NCBI RefSeq assembly: GCF_051903065.1
Contig: NZ_CP178438.1
Origin: Escherichia coli
Lineage (GTDB): Bacteria > Pseudomonadota > Gammaproteobacteria > Enterobacterales > Enterobacteriaceae
Length of the DNA: 64,000 nucleotides
Reading direction: 5' to 3' (one strand)
Each line of letters opens with the position of its first letter. The first letter of the stretch is position 1. The notes beneath the pieces are model-generated. The model saw nothing but the letters and a program-made list of their open reading frames with translations, did no database searches and had not been told where the DNA came from. The position numbers and the translations under genes were made by a program. Shown one piece after another: positions 1 to 8,976 of this stretch.

Positions 1-454
1 GCTCCACCTGGGTGAAGCAGGGCCAGCCCAGCATTTCCGCCAGCAAAAATGGCGTTTGCCCATTCTGCCCTTCGCTGCTTTGGCAGCCGGTAATTATCAG
101 ATCCAGCGGATTCTGACGCTGCCATTCGGCAATATGGCGAGCGACAAATTCCGACGCAAAGCGCAGATCTGCCGCCGTCTCCAGCAATACAGCTTCCTCA
201 AACCCAAGAGCCATGAGATAGCGCAGCCAGTGTAACGCCCGTTCATCCCCCATGCTCAACGCGGTTAAAGACATCGGCGTACCGTTTTTTCTCTGCGCCA
301 ACAGTAGCGCGGCGGCAGCCTGTTCATCAGCACCGAGTAAACTTCGCAGTAGCGAAACATCCGGTCCGCTATTACCCTGAGCCGCCGCCTGCCACTCTTT
401 TTCCGCCAGCATTCCGGCATCCGGTTCGGCTTTAAACGCTAACAGAATGTTCAT
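1..454 (-). CDS. ygcR: Electron-transfer-flavoprotein beta-subunit-like protein, N-terminal part (3' end lies beyond the window start)
   Basis: Reverse-strand translation from the ATG at 454..452 gives MNILLAFKAEPDAGMLAEKEWQAAAQGNSGP..., typical of an ETF-beta fold; the frame stays open to the window edge; overlaps the ygcS stop. Confidence 0.7.
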   Translation of the reverse strand, partial: MNILLAFKAEPDAGMLAEKEWQAAAQGNSGPDVSLLRSLLGADEQAAAALLLAQRKNGTPMSLTALSMGDERALHWLRYLMALGFEEAVLLETAADLRFASEFVARHIAEWQRQNPLDLIITGCQSSEGQNGQTPFLLAEMLGWPCFTQVE

Positions 455-1769
455 TCGCACCTCCTACATTTCCCGCCGCCACCAGCGGGAGGGCTTTGGT
501 TTCTGGTGCCCATAGCCAGGTCACAACAAAACCAACCAACAACACTGCCGCCAGGAGCAATAAGGAGACTTGCATTCCCCACTGCGCCAGCACCCACGGC
601 AGCAGGCCAGTACTTACCGCCGCCCCCAACCGACTCATGGCGGTGGCAAAACCGACGCCCAGCGAGCGAATGTCAGTAGGAAAACTTTCCGCAGGCAAAA
701 TGCCCACCAGATTACTGACTGCCGAAATGGTGGTGCTGAAGAGAACAAAAAGCAGCAGCGTTAATGAACTGCCGGAAGGCAAACAGGCCATCACTACCAG
801 CGTTGCCGCCAGCAGCAAAAAACTTCCCAGCAAAAATTTGCGATGTGCCAGCAGGTGCGTCAGAACTAATCCCAGCAGCGCGCCCACAATTAACAATGCA
901 TTAAGCATCAGGCTGGCAGTCAGCGCATCTTCCAGACCAATAGTCTGGGCGATAGTTGGCAGCCAGGTATAAATCACAAACCATGGGATTACGAGGCAGA
1001 CAAAGAAGACGCTGTTAAACGCCGTGCGCCGCCAGTAACGCGAAGAGAACAAGGTTTTGATGTGTTTATGGGTCGCCGTTACCACTTCATCGCCCAGTAA
1101 AACATGGGGACCAAAATAGCGATGCACGATAGCGTGAGCTTCTGCAAAACGCCCCTGGCGCAGTAGCCAGCGTGGCGATTCTGGCGTTCCCCAGCGTAAT
1201 AACGTAATCAACAACGCGGGCAGAGCTGCCGATGCCAGCAGCCAGCGCCAGGCCTCCGGGCTTTCGCTAATAAAGTGATGTCCGGCAATACTTGCTAACA
1301 CATAGCCTACGGTCCACACCACGCTGAATGCGCCCAGCAAAACACCGCGATGGCGGCGCGGGGAAAATTCAGCCAGCAAGGTGTGACCTACTGAGTAATC
1401 GCCTCCCAGACCAATGCCGATCAAAATGCGCAGTCCAATAAGATGCTCTGGCGTGGTGGCAAAAAATTGCAGGAACGAAGCGAGCGTAATCAGCAAAAAG
1501 CTGAAGGTGAAGATTTTTTGCCGACCAATATGGTCGGAGATCCACCCAAGAACCAGGCTGCCAAGAAACAAACCAAGGAGCGCCGAGCCGCCGATCATTC
1601 CCGCCATAAACGGCGTCAGTTGCATGGCGGGCGTAAGTTGAATAATGGCGTAACCAATGACGCCGAGAACATAACCGTCGGTCAGGTGTGCGCCGAAAGT
1701 GAGCGCAGCAATTCGACAGTGAAAACGGTTAAGCGGTAAATCATCCATTCGCACCGGTGAAGTGTTCAT
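432..1769 (-). CDS. ygcS: MFS-family transporter
   Basis: ORF 432..1841; multi-helix hydrophobic protein with sugar-porter-like motifs; start placed at the internal MNTSPVRMDD (1769) rather than the upstream ORF-track start. Confidence 0.8.
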   Translation of the reverse strand: MNTSPVRMDDLPLNRFHCRIAALTFGAHLTDGYVLGVIGYAIIQLTPAMQLTPFMAGMIGGSALLGLFLGSLVLGWISDHIGRQKIFTFSFLLITLASFLQFFATTPEHLIGLRILIGIGLGGDYSVGHTLLAEFSPRRHRGVLLGAFSVVWTVGYVLASIAGHHFISESPEAWRWLLASAALPALLITLLRWGTPESPRWLLRQGRFAEAHAIVHRYFGPHVLLGDEVVTATHKHIKTLFSSRYWRRTAFNSVFFVCLVIPWFVIYTWLPTIAQTIGLEDALTASLMLNALLIVGALLGLVLTHLLAHRKFLLGSFLLLAATLVVMACLPSGSSLTLLLFVLFSTTISAVSNLVGILPAESFPTDIRSLGVGFATAMSRLGAAVSTGLLPWVLAQWGMQVSLLLLAAVLLVGFVVTWLWAPETKALPLVAAGNVGGANEHSVSV

Positions 1770-1862
1770 CTTTACCCCTTCATTGTCCGGTAATAAGAAC
1801 GGCTTCTCGCCTGAGAAGCCGAAAAGGCAACGCCCCATCATCGCGGAACGCTGCCTGACACA

Positions 1863-3317
1863 TTATTTTTCAATCGGATAGATAGTACCCGTATTCATAA
1901 TGCCGTTAGGATCGAATTGCTTTTTCAGCCCTTCCAGCAACGCCCACGCGCTGCCGTGTTCCAGCTTGCTCCAGTGAACGCGATGTTTACCAATGCCGTG
2001 GTGGTGCACCATCGAACCGCCGAGGCGAATGGTTTCTTCGCAGATGATTTTGTTGAGCGGATTGTGGTACTTGTCGATTTCCTCTTCCGGCTTACAGTCA
2101 ACAACGTTGTAGTCATAGACGAAGTACATGTTTGTGCCGTTCTGATAGCTATGAGAGGAGTGACCGCCCAGCATAGTGATGTCGTCGGCGTGCGGGAACT
2201 CGGTACGAATACGGTTAATAACGCTTTCGTAGATTTCGTGGATGCAGCTCCAGCAGCCGGACACTTCAGTGGTAAAGCCCATGTTGCCGGTTTTGAGGAT
2301 TTGCACACGTTCGGCAGCCACTTTATCCGGTCCCCAGTTCAGGTTGTTAAACCAGGTTTCGATCAGTTTGCTGTCCACGCGCTGGCACTGCGGGTAGCGG
2401 GCAACGATTTCCGCAATCCCTTCGCCCGTCGCCTTCGCAATGCGAGGGTTACCTTCAGCCATAAAGATCAGCACACATTTTCCGTCGGCAAAATGGGTGA
2501 AGTGTTGGGTGCCATCTTCAGCGTCATACAAACGAGCGATCGACGGACGATACCCTTCCACCATGATTTCACGCAGGATGTTGAAGCCGGTTTTCATGTC
2601 TTCCAGGATATAGCCGTAGAAGAGGTTGTTTTTCGGGGTGAATTTAAAGATTTTCACTGTTACTTCAGTGATATAGCACAATGCACCTTCGTTGCCGATG
2701 ATGATGTGACGAATGTCCGGGCCAGCCGCGCGGCGTGGCACGTTTTTAATACGTGTGACGGTGCCATCAGCCAATACGGCTTCCAGACCAACGACCATAT
2801 CTTCGATTGCGCCGTAGAGTGTGGAGAACTGCCCGATACTGCGGGTTGCTACCAGGCCGCCCATCTGCGCCAGCGGCTTTGACTGCGGAGAATGCCCAGT
2901 GGTGTAACCTTTTTCACGCAACGCGTTTTCCAGCACCTCCAGCGGAACGCCACATTGCGCCGTCGCCTGCATATTCTCAATATCAATATTAATGATTTGA
3001 TTCATGGCGGAACCGTCGAGCACCACCGAGTTTTCTACAACAGTTTCCAGCCCACCTTCGGTGGCGGAAGCACCGGTACGCGGCACACCGTTAATTTTGT
3101 GCGCATTCATAAAATTCAGCACACGGGAGACTTGTTCTGTGGAACCGAGTTTTACGACCGCAGCCGGAATCGGCAAAGTATAAATACCATGAATATCCGG
3201 AAATTTACGAAAACGGTCAATACTGTTCTTCTTTAATACTGTTTCATCGGTAATTACGCGATCTGCACCAACAATTTCCTTTAGCTGGTCGACAATCGCT
3301 GCGCGAGATAAAGACAT
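1863..3317 (-). CDS. ygcU: FAD-linked oxidoreductase (GlcD / alkyl-DHAP synthase-like)
   Basis: 484-aa ORF with an FAD-binding PCMH-type domain signature; same length and position as K-12 YgcU. Confidence 0.85.
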   Translation of the reverse strand: MSLSRAAIVDQLKEIVGADRVITDETVLKKNSIDRFRKFPDIHGIYTLPIPAAVVKLGSTEQVSRVLNFMNAHKINGVPRTGASATEGGLETVVENSVVLDGSAMNQIINIDIENMQATAQCGVPLEVLENALREKGYTTGHSPQSKPLAQMGGLVATRSIGQFSTLYGAIEDMVVGLEAVLADGTVTRIKNVPRRAAGPDIRHIIIGNEGALCYITEVTVKIFKFTPKNNLFYGYILEDMKTGFNILREIMVEGYRPSIARLYDAEDGTQHFTHFADGKCVLIFMAEGNPRIAKATGEGIAEIVARYPQCQRVDSKLIETWFNNLNWGPDKVAAERVQILKTGNMGFTTEVSGCWSCIHEIYESVINRIRTEFPHADDITMLGGHSSHSYQNGTNMYFVYDYNVVDCKPEEEIDKYHNPLNKIICEETIRLGGSMVHHHGIGKHRVHWSKLEHGSAWALLEGLKKQFDPNGIMNTGTIYPIEK

Positions 3318-3386
3318 AGTAATTCCTTCCTGATAATAAAAATGGAATAATCATTAATAAGAGAAAACAGAAACCACCGTTATGGG

Positions 3387-4172
3387 TTAGCGCACTAAAT
3401 AACCGCCATCAACCACTAATAAATGCCCGTTGACATAATTCGATGCCGGACTTGCGAGGAATACGGCTGCGCCCATTAAATCCTGAGTATCGCCCCAACG
3501 GTTTGCTGGAATATGATCAAGAACGCGCTGATTGGTTTCTGGATTACTGCGTGTCGCCAGCGTAATATCTGTTGCATAATAGCCAGGGGCGATACCATTT
3601 ACCTGAATATTATATTGACCTAGTTCATCACAATAAGCTTTGGTGAACCCGGCAAGAGCATGTTTAGTGGCAGAATATGCAGGTGACCATTGTCCACCTA
3701 AGTAAGAGAACAATGAACAGATATTAATGATTTTACCGCTTTTCTGCGGGATCATAATTTTTGCTGCTTCGTAGCTTAACTCAAATGCGGCGGTCAGGTT
3801 CACATCAATCATTGGATCCCAGTCGGCACGACCGAAGTCCAGCACCTTATTCAGCTTACAAATACCGGCATTGTTAACCAGAATATCGACGGTACCGAAA
3901 CGTTCGCAACAGGCGGCGATTATCTTCTGCGGCGCGCCTTCTGCGGTGATATCCACCTGCATGAAGTCCACCTCAACACCCTGTTTTTCAATCATTTCCT
4001 TTGTTTCGCCGTTATCTTTGACAAAACTTGGAATAAAGACATTTGCGCCTGCTTTGGCCAACGCCATGGCAAATGCCTGGCCTAAACCGCTATTCCCGCC
4101 GGTAACAATTGCGGTTTTACCTTTCAGGGAGAAAAAATCCATTGAGAACGCATTGAGAGATTCGATTGACAT
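3387..4172 (-). CDS. ygcW: Short-chain dehydrogenase/reductase (SDR) family oxidoreductase
   Basis: TGGNSGLG Rossmann motif and YxxxK catalytic motif (YSATK); start placed at MSIESLNAF (4172) instead of the longer ORF-track start. Confidence 0.85.
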   Translation of the reverse strand: MSIESLNAFSMDFFSLKGKTAIVTGGNSGLGQAFAMALAKAGANVFIPSFVKDNGETKEMIEKQGVEVDFMQVDITAEGAPQKIIAACCERFGTVDILVNNAGICKLNKVLDFGRADWDPMIDVNLTAAFELSYEAAKIMIPQKSGKIINICSLFSYLGGQWSPAYSATKHALAGFTKAYCDELGQYNIQVNGIAPGYYATDITLATRSNPETNQRVLDHIPANRWGDTQDLMGAAVFLASPASNYVNGHLLVVDGGYLVR

Positions 4173-4419
4173 AGTTAGCTCCAATTTCCGTAAGGCAAAA
4201 AAAAAGAAAGGTAACTTCCCCCGCAAGAGGGAAGTTACCTTTCTCATTATCTCTGGTAACTGGAGATAATTTTTAGCATAAGGGCATAACTGCTAATGTG
4301 ATCGTAATCACAGTGTAATATTCGTATTGTCAAATAATTTTAAAAAGCAGAAGCGTGATTACTCTCACACAACACCTCTGCTTTCCATGTTATTTATTAT
4401 TTCAATTACTAGAGACCTG

Positions 4420-4466
4420 AGAAAAGTAATCCACCTGAAAGGGCGGCTTACTTTTCTCTTTTTTTT
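4420..4466 (+). terminator. Terminator-like hairpin plus T-tract in the 5' leader of yqcE
   Basis: Inverted repeat gagaaaagtaa ... ttacttttctc followed by 9 T residues, ending about 25 bp before the yqcE ATG. Confidence 0.35.
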
Positions 4467-4490
4467 GTCTATTACAAATGGGAATACGAT

Positions 4491-5768
4491 ATGCAACACA
4501 ACTCATATCGCCGTTGGATAACCCTCGCGATAATTAGTTTTAGCGGCGGCGTTAGTTTCGACCTGGCTTATTTACGTTATATTTATCAAATTCCCATGGC
4601 GAAATTTATGGGATTCAGCAATACCGAGATAGGTTTAATAATGAGTACCTTTGGTATTGCAGCTATTATTCTTTATGCCCCCAGCGGCGTTATTGCTGAT
4701 AAATTCTCACATCGCAAAATGATTACTTCCGCGATGATCATTACCGGATTACTGGGTCTGTTAATGGCAACGTATCCACCGCTGTGGGTAATGCTCTGTA
4801 TTCAGGTCGCCTTTGCGATAACGACGATTTTAATGCTGTGGTCGGTGTCGATTAAAGCCGCATCGTTGCTTGGCGATCATAGCGAGCAAGGGAAAATTAT
4901 GGGCTGGATGGAAGGGCTGCGCGGCGTCGGTGTAATGTCGCTGGCGGTGTTTACCATGTGGGTCTTTTCTCGCTTTGCACCGGATGACAGCGCTAGCCTG
5001 AAAACGGTCATAATTATCTACAGTGTGGTTTACATCTTGTTGGGGATTCTGTGCTGGTTTTTTGTTAGCGATAACAACAACCTGTGCAGTGCCAATAACG
5101 AAGAAAAACAGTCATTCCAGCTTAGCGACATCCTGGCCGTTTTGCGCATCAGCACCACCTGGTATTGCAGCATGGTGATTTTTGGCGTCTTCACCATCTA
5201 CGCCATTCTGAGTTACTCCACCAACTATCTGACCGAAATGTATGGCATGTCGCTGGTGGCGGCGAGCTACATGGGGATTGTGATCAACAAAATCTTCCGC
5301 GCGCTGTGCGGCCCACTTGGCGGCATTATCACCACCTACAGTAAAGTGAAATCCCCTACCCGCGTGATCCAAATCCTTTCCGTACTCGGCCTGCTGGCGT
5401 TAACTGCCCTGCTCGTCACGAACTCTAACCCGCAATCGGTCGCGATGGGGATTGGCCTGATTTTACTGCTGGGATTCACCTGTTACGCCTCACGCGGGCT
5501 GTACTGGGCCTGCCCTGGCGAAGCGAGAACACCGTCTTACATTATGGGCACCACGGTAGGTATTTGTTCGGTGATTGGATTCCTGCCGGATGTCTTCGTT
5601 TACCCGATTATCGGCCACTGGCAGGACACCCTGCCCGCAGCAGAAGCCTACCGCAACATGTGGCTGATGGGCATGGCGGCGCTTGCCATGGTGATTGTCT
5701 TTACCTTTTTGCTGTTCCAAAAAATTCGTACTGCTGATATCGCCCCCACAACGGCTAACAGCAAGTAA
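4491..5768 (+). CDS. yqcE: MFS-family transporter
   Basis: 425-aa polytopic membrane protein; position and size match yqcE. Confidence 0.85.
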   Translation: MQHNSYRRWITLAIISFSGGVSFDLAYLRYIYQIPMAKFMGFSNTEIGLIMSTFGIAAIILYAPSGVIADKFSHRKMITSAMIITGLLGLLMATYPPLWVMLCIQVAFAITTILMLWSVSIKAASLLGDHSEQGKIMGWMEGLRGVGVMSLAVFTMWVFSRFAPDDSASLKTVIIIYSVVYILLGILCWFFVSDNNNLCSANNEEKQSFQLSDILAVLRISTTWYCSMVIFGVFTIYAILSYSTNYLTEMYGMSLVAASYMGIVINKIFRALCGPLGGIITTYSKVKSPTRVIQILSVLGLLALTALLVTNSNPQSVAMGIGLILLLGFTCYASRGLYWACPGEARTPSYIMGTTVGICSVIGFLPDVFVYPIIGHWQDTLPAAEAYRNMWLMGMAALAMVIVFTFLLFQKIRTADIAPTTANSK

Positions 5769-5794
5769 GCCAGAAAAATTACAGGAGAAAAATC

Positions 5795-7273
5795 ATGTCG
5801 AAGAAATACATCATAGGGATTGATGGCGGAAGTCAGAGCACAAAAGTGGTGATGTACGATCTGGAAGGTAACGTGGTTTGCGAAGGCAAAGGTTTATTGC
5901 AGCCGATGCACACGCCAGATGCCGATACCGCAGAACATCCTGACGACGATTTATGGGCATCATTATGTTTTGCCGGTCACGATTTGATGAGTCAGTTTGC
6001 CGGGAATAAAGAAGATATTGTCGGTATTGGTCTGGGATCCATCCGTTGCTGCCGTGCGTTATTGAAAGCCGATGGCACGCCAGCTGCGCCATTGATTAGC
6101 TGGCAGGATGCACGCGTAACGCGTCCCTACGAACACACTAATCCTGACGTGGCATATGTCACCTCTTTTTCGGGTTATCTAACGCATCGCTTAACCGGCG
6201 AGTTTAAAGACAATATCGCCAACTATTTTGGTCAGTGGCCAGTGGATTATAAGAGCTGGGCATGGAGCGAAGATGCTGCGGTAATGGAGAAGTTTAATAT
6301 CCCTCGTCATATGCTGTTTGATGTGCAAATGCCTGGCACCGTCCTCGGACATATCACACCACAAGCCGCACTGGCGACACATTTCCCGGCAGGGCTGCCG
6401 GTTGTTTGTACCACCAGTGATAAACCGGTAGAAGCTCTGGGAGCCGGATTACTGGATGATGAAACGGCGGTGATTTCTCTTGGCACCTACATCGCGCTGA
6501 TGATGAACGGTAAAGCACTGCCGAAAGATCCGGTGGCGTACTGGCCGATTATGTCTTCTATACCGGAAACATTGCTGTATGAAGGGTACGGTATCCGTAA
6601 AGGCATGTGGACGGTGAGCTGGCTACGCGACATGTTAGGCGAGTCGTTAATTCAGGATGCCAAAGCACAGGATCTTTCACCGGAAGATTTGCTCAACAAA
6701 AAAGCTTCTTGTGTGCCGCCTGGCTGTAATGGTCTGATGACGGTGCTGGACTGGCTGACCAACCCGTGGGAACCCTACAAACGTGGGATTATGATCGGCT
6801 TTGATTCCAGCATGGATTACACATGGATATATCGTTCGATACTGGAAAGCGTGGCGCTGACGCTGAAGAACAATTACGACAATATGTGTAATGAAATGAA
6901 TCACTTTGCAAAGCATGTGATCATTACTGGCGGCGGTTCGAACAGCGATCTATTTATGCAAATTTTTGCCGACGTGTTCAACCTTCCGGCACGCCGTAAC
7001 GCCATTAACGGTTGTGCAAGTCTGGGGGCAGCGATCAATACGGCGGTAGGTCTGGGGCTATACCCGGATTACGCAACGGCTGTCGACAAAATGGTTCGCG
7101 TGAAAGATATCTTTATGCCTGTTGAGAGCAATGCCAAACGCTACGACGCGATGAATAAAGGTATTTTCAAAGCCCTAACCAAACATACTGATGTGATCCT
7201 GAAAAAATCGTATGAAGTGATGCATGGGGAATTGGGGAATGCGGATTCGATCCAGAGCTGGTCGAATGCGTAA
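5795..7273 (+). CDS. ygcE: FGGY-family carbohydrate kinase
   Basis: 492 aa; N-terminal IGIDGGSQSTK actin-fold ATPase motif; RBS aggag upstream. Confidence 0.85.
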   Translation: MSKKYIIGIDGGSQSTKVVMYDLEGNVVCEGKGLLQPMHTPDADTAEHPDDDLWASLCFAGHDLMSQFAGNKEDIVGIGLGSIRCCRALLKADGTPAAPLISWQDARVTRPYEHTNPDVAYVTSFSGYLTHRLTGEFKDNIANYFGQWPVDYKSWAWSEDAAVMEKFNIPRHMLFDVQMPGTVLGHITPQAALATHFPAGLPVVCTTSDKPVEALGAGLLDDETAVISLGTYIALMMNGKALPKDPVAYWPIMSSIPETLLYEGYGIRKGMWTVSWLRDMLGESLIQDAKAQDLSPEDLLNKKASCVPPGCNGLMTVLDWLTNPWEPYKRGIMIGFDSSMDYTWIYRSILESVALTLKNNYDNMCNEMNHFAKHVIITGGGSNSDLFMQIFADVFNLPARRNAINGCASLGAAINTAVGLGLYPDYATAVDKMVRVKDIFMPVESNAKRYDAMNKGIFKALTKHTDVILKKSYEVMHGELGNADSIQSWSNA

Positions 7274-7319
7274 GTGAGGAAGACCGGGCGGGAAACTGCC
7301 CGGCCTGAACATACCTGAA

Positions 7320-7457
7320 TGGTTATCCCCGCTGGCGCGGGGAACATAAGTTCGACAACTTAAAAAATGATAACAAGTCCGGTTTATCCCCGCTGATGCA
7401 GGGAACATAATAAAAACTTTAACTAGTTCGGTTTATCCCTGTTTTTACAAGGAATAT
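7320..7457 (-). CRISPR. Degenerate CRISPR mini-array (3 type I-E-like repeats, 2 spacers)
   Basis: Repeats tggttatccccgctggcgcggggaacat (7320-7347), cggtttatccccgctgatgcagggaacat (7380-7408), cggtttatccctgtttttacaaggaatat (7429-7457); one 32-bp spacer and one 20-bp spacer; same orientation as the main array. Confidence 0.75.
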
Positions 7458-7519
7458 TAACTACACTCGATGTCTTTAGAATAAAAGACAATACGAATCG
7501 CACTTTATCAATTTTCACT

Positions 7520-8576
7520 GGCTTTGTTGAATAAATCGAACTTTTGCTGAGTTGAAGGATCAGATCACGTATCTTCCCGACAACGCAGACCGTTCCGTGG
7601 CAAAGCAAAAGTTCAAAATCACCAACTGGCCCACCTACAATAAAGCCCTCATCAACCGTGGCTCCATAACTTTCTGGCTGGATGATGAAGCTATTCAGGC
7701 CTGGTATGAGTCAGCAACACCTTCTTCACGAGGCAGACCTCAGCGCTATTCTGACCTTGCCATCACGACTGTGCTGGTCATTAAACGCGTATTCAGGCTG
7801 ACCCTGCGCGCTGCGCAGGGCTTTATTGATTCCATTTTTTCTCTGATGAACGTTCCGCTACGCTGCCCGGATTACAGCTGTGTCAGCAGGCGGGCAAAGT
7901 CGGTTAATGTCAGTTTCAAAACGCCCACCCGGGGTGAAATCGCACACCTGGTAATTGATTCCACCGGGCTGAAGGTCTTCGGTGAAGGCGAGTGGAAAGT
8001 CAAAAAGCATGGCCAGGAACGCCGCCGTATCTGGCGTAAGCTGCATCTCGCCGTTGACAGTAAAACACATGAAATCATCTGCGCTGACCTGTCGCTGAAC
8101 AACGTTACGGACTCAGAGGCCTTCCCCGGGTTAATCCGGCAAACCCACCGGAAAATCAGGTCAGCCGCCGCCGATGGCGCTTACGATACCCGGCTATGTC
8201 ACGATGAACTGCGGCGTAAGAAAATCAGCGCGCTTATCCCTCCCCGAAAAGGTGCGGGTTACTGGCCCGGTGAATATGCAGACCGTAACCGTGCAGTGGC
8301 TAATCAGCGAATGACCGGGAGTAATGCGCGGTGGAAATGGACAACAGATTACAACCGTCGCTCGATAGCGGAAACGGCGATGTACCGGGTAAAACAGCTG
8401 TTCGGGGGTTCACTGACACTGCGTGACTACGATGGTCAGGTTGCAGAGGCTATGGCCCTGGTACGAGCGCTGAACAAAATGACGAAAGCAGGTATGCCTG
8501 AAAGCGTGCGTATTGCCTGAAAACACAACCCGCTACGGGGGAGACTTACCCGAAATCTGATTTATTCAACAAAGCC
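7520..8576 (+). mobile_element. IS903-family (IS5 superfamily) insertion sequence, 1057 bp
   Basis: Perfect 18-bp terminal inverted repeats (ggctttgttgaataaatc at 7520; reverse complement ending at 8576); flanked by a 9-bp direct repeat attttcact at 7511-7519 and 8577-8585 (target-site duplication). Confidence 0.92.
7597..8520 (+). CDS. IS903-type DDE transposase
   Basis: Protein ...AKQKFKITNWPTYNKALINRGSITFWLDDEAIQAWYESATPSSRGRPQRYSDLAITTVLVIKR... matches the IS903/IS102 transposase as I recall it; probable GTG start at 7597 (the ORF-track start at 7552 is a TTG extension). Confidence 0.88.
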   Translation: MAKQKFKITNWPTYNKALINRGSITFWLDDEAIQAWYESATPSSRGRPQRYSDLAITTVLVIKRVFRLTLRAAQGFIDSIFSLMNVPLRCPDYSCVSRRAKSVNVSFKTPTRGEIAHLVIDSTGLKVFGEGEWKVKKHGQERRRIWRKLHLAVDSKTHEIICADLSLNNVTDSEAFPGLIRQTHRKIRSAAADGAYDTRLCHDELRRKKISALIPPRKGAGYWPGEYADRNRAVANQRMTGSNARWKWTTDYNRRSIAETAMYRVKQLFGGSLTLRDYDGQVAEAMALVRALNKMTKAGMPESVRIA

Positions 8577-8976
8577 ATTTTCACTTAAAGTATGAACAGG
8601 ATATCTTTATTCATAAGAACTATTCATCAACAGCGTATAGAGGCGGTTATGTAAAACCACTCATTAGCCTCAAAACAAAGACAAATTTCCAGATTTATTA
8701 CTTAATCAATGAATAACAAGCTTAAAAAATACACTGTTATTCTAAAGAAAAAATTAACAGGCATTAATTAATATTAAAAAAATAATATATTAAAATTTCT
8801 TAACGGTTTAAGGATTATACAAATAACACTTTGATTAAATTTGATTTTTTGTATCGATAATTGTGAACTTATCTGGCATGGGGAACTATTTTGAACATGA
8901 GGTGTTACGTGGATATGTTGCTTATTACAAGTACAGCTAATATAAAAACTTGAGAAAGAGATAACGGGTTATATGG

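Noticed and set aside
1917-2882. 321-aa ORF on the plus strand
   Set aside because: Antisense to ygcU, the FAD oxidoreductase with clear motifs.
5252-5259. Chi site (gctggtgg) within yqcE
   Set aside because: Chi octamers occur every few kilobases in E. coli; the occurrence is expected and not specific to this locus.
7552-7596. Upstream TTG extension of the IS transposase ORF
   Set aside because: The extension starts inside the terminal inverted-repeat region; the in-frame GTG at 7597 corresponds to the recognisable N-terminus of the IS903-type transposase.
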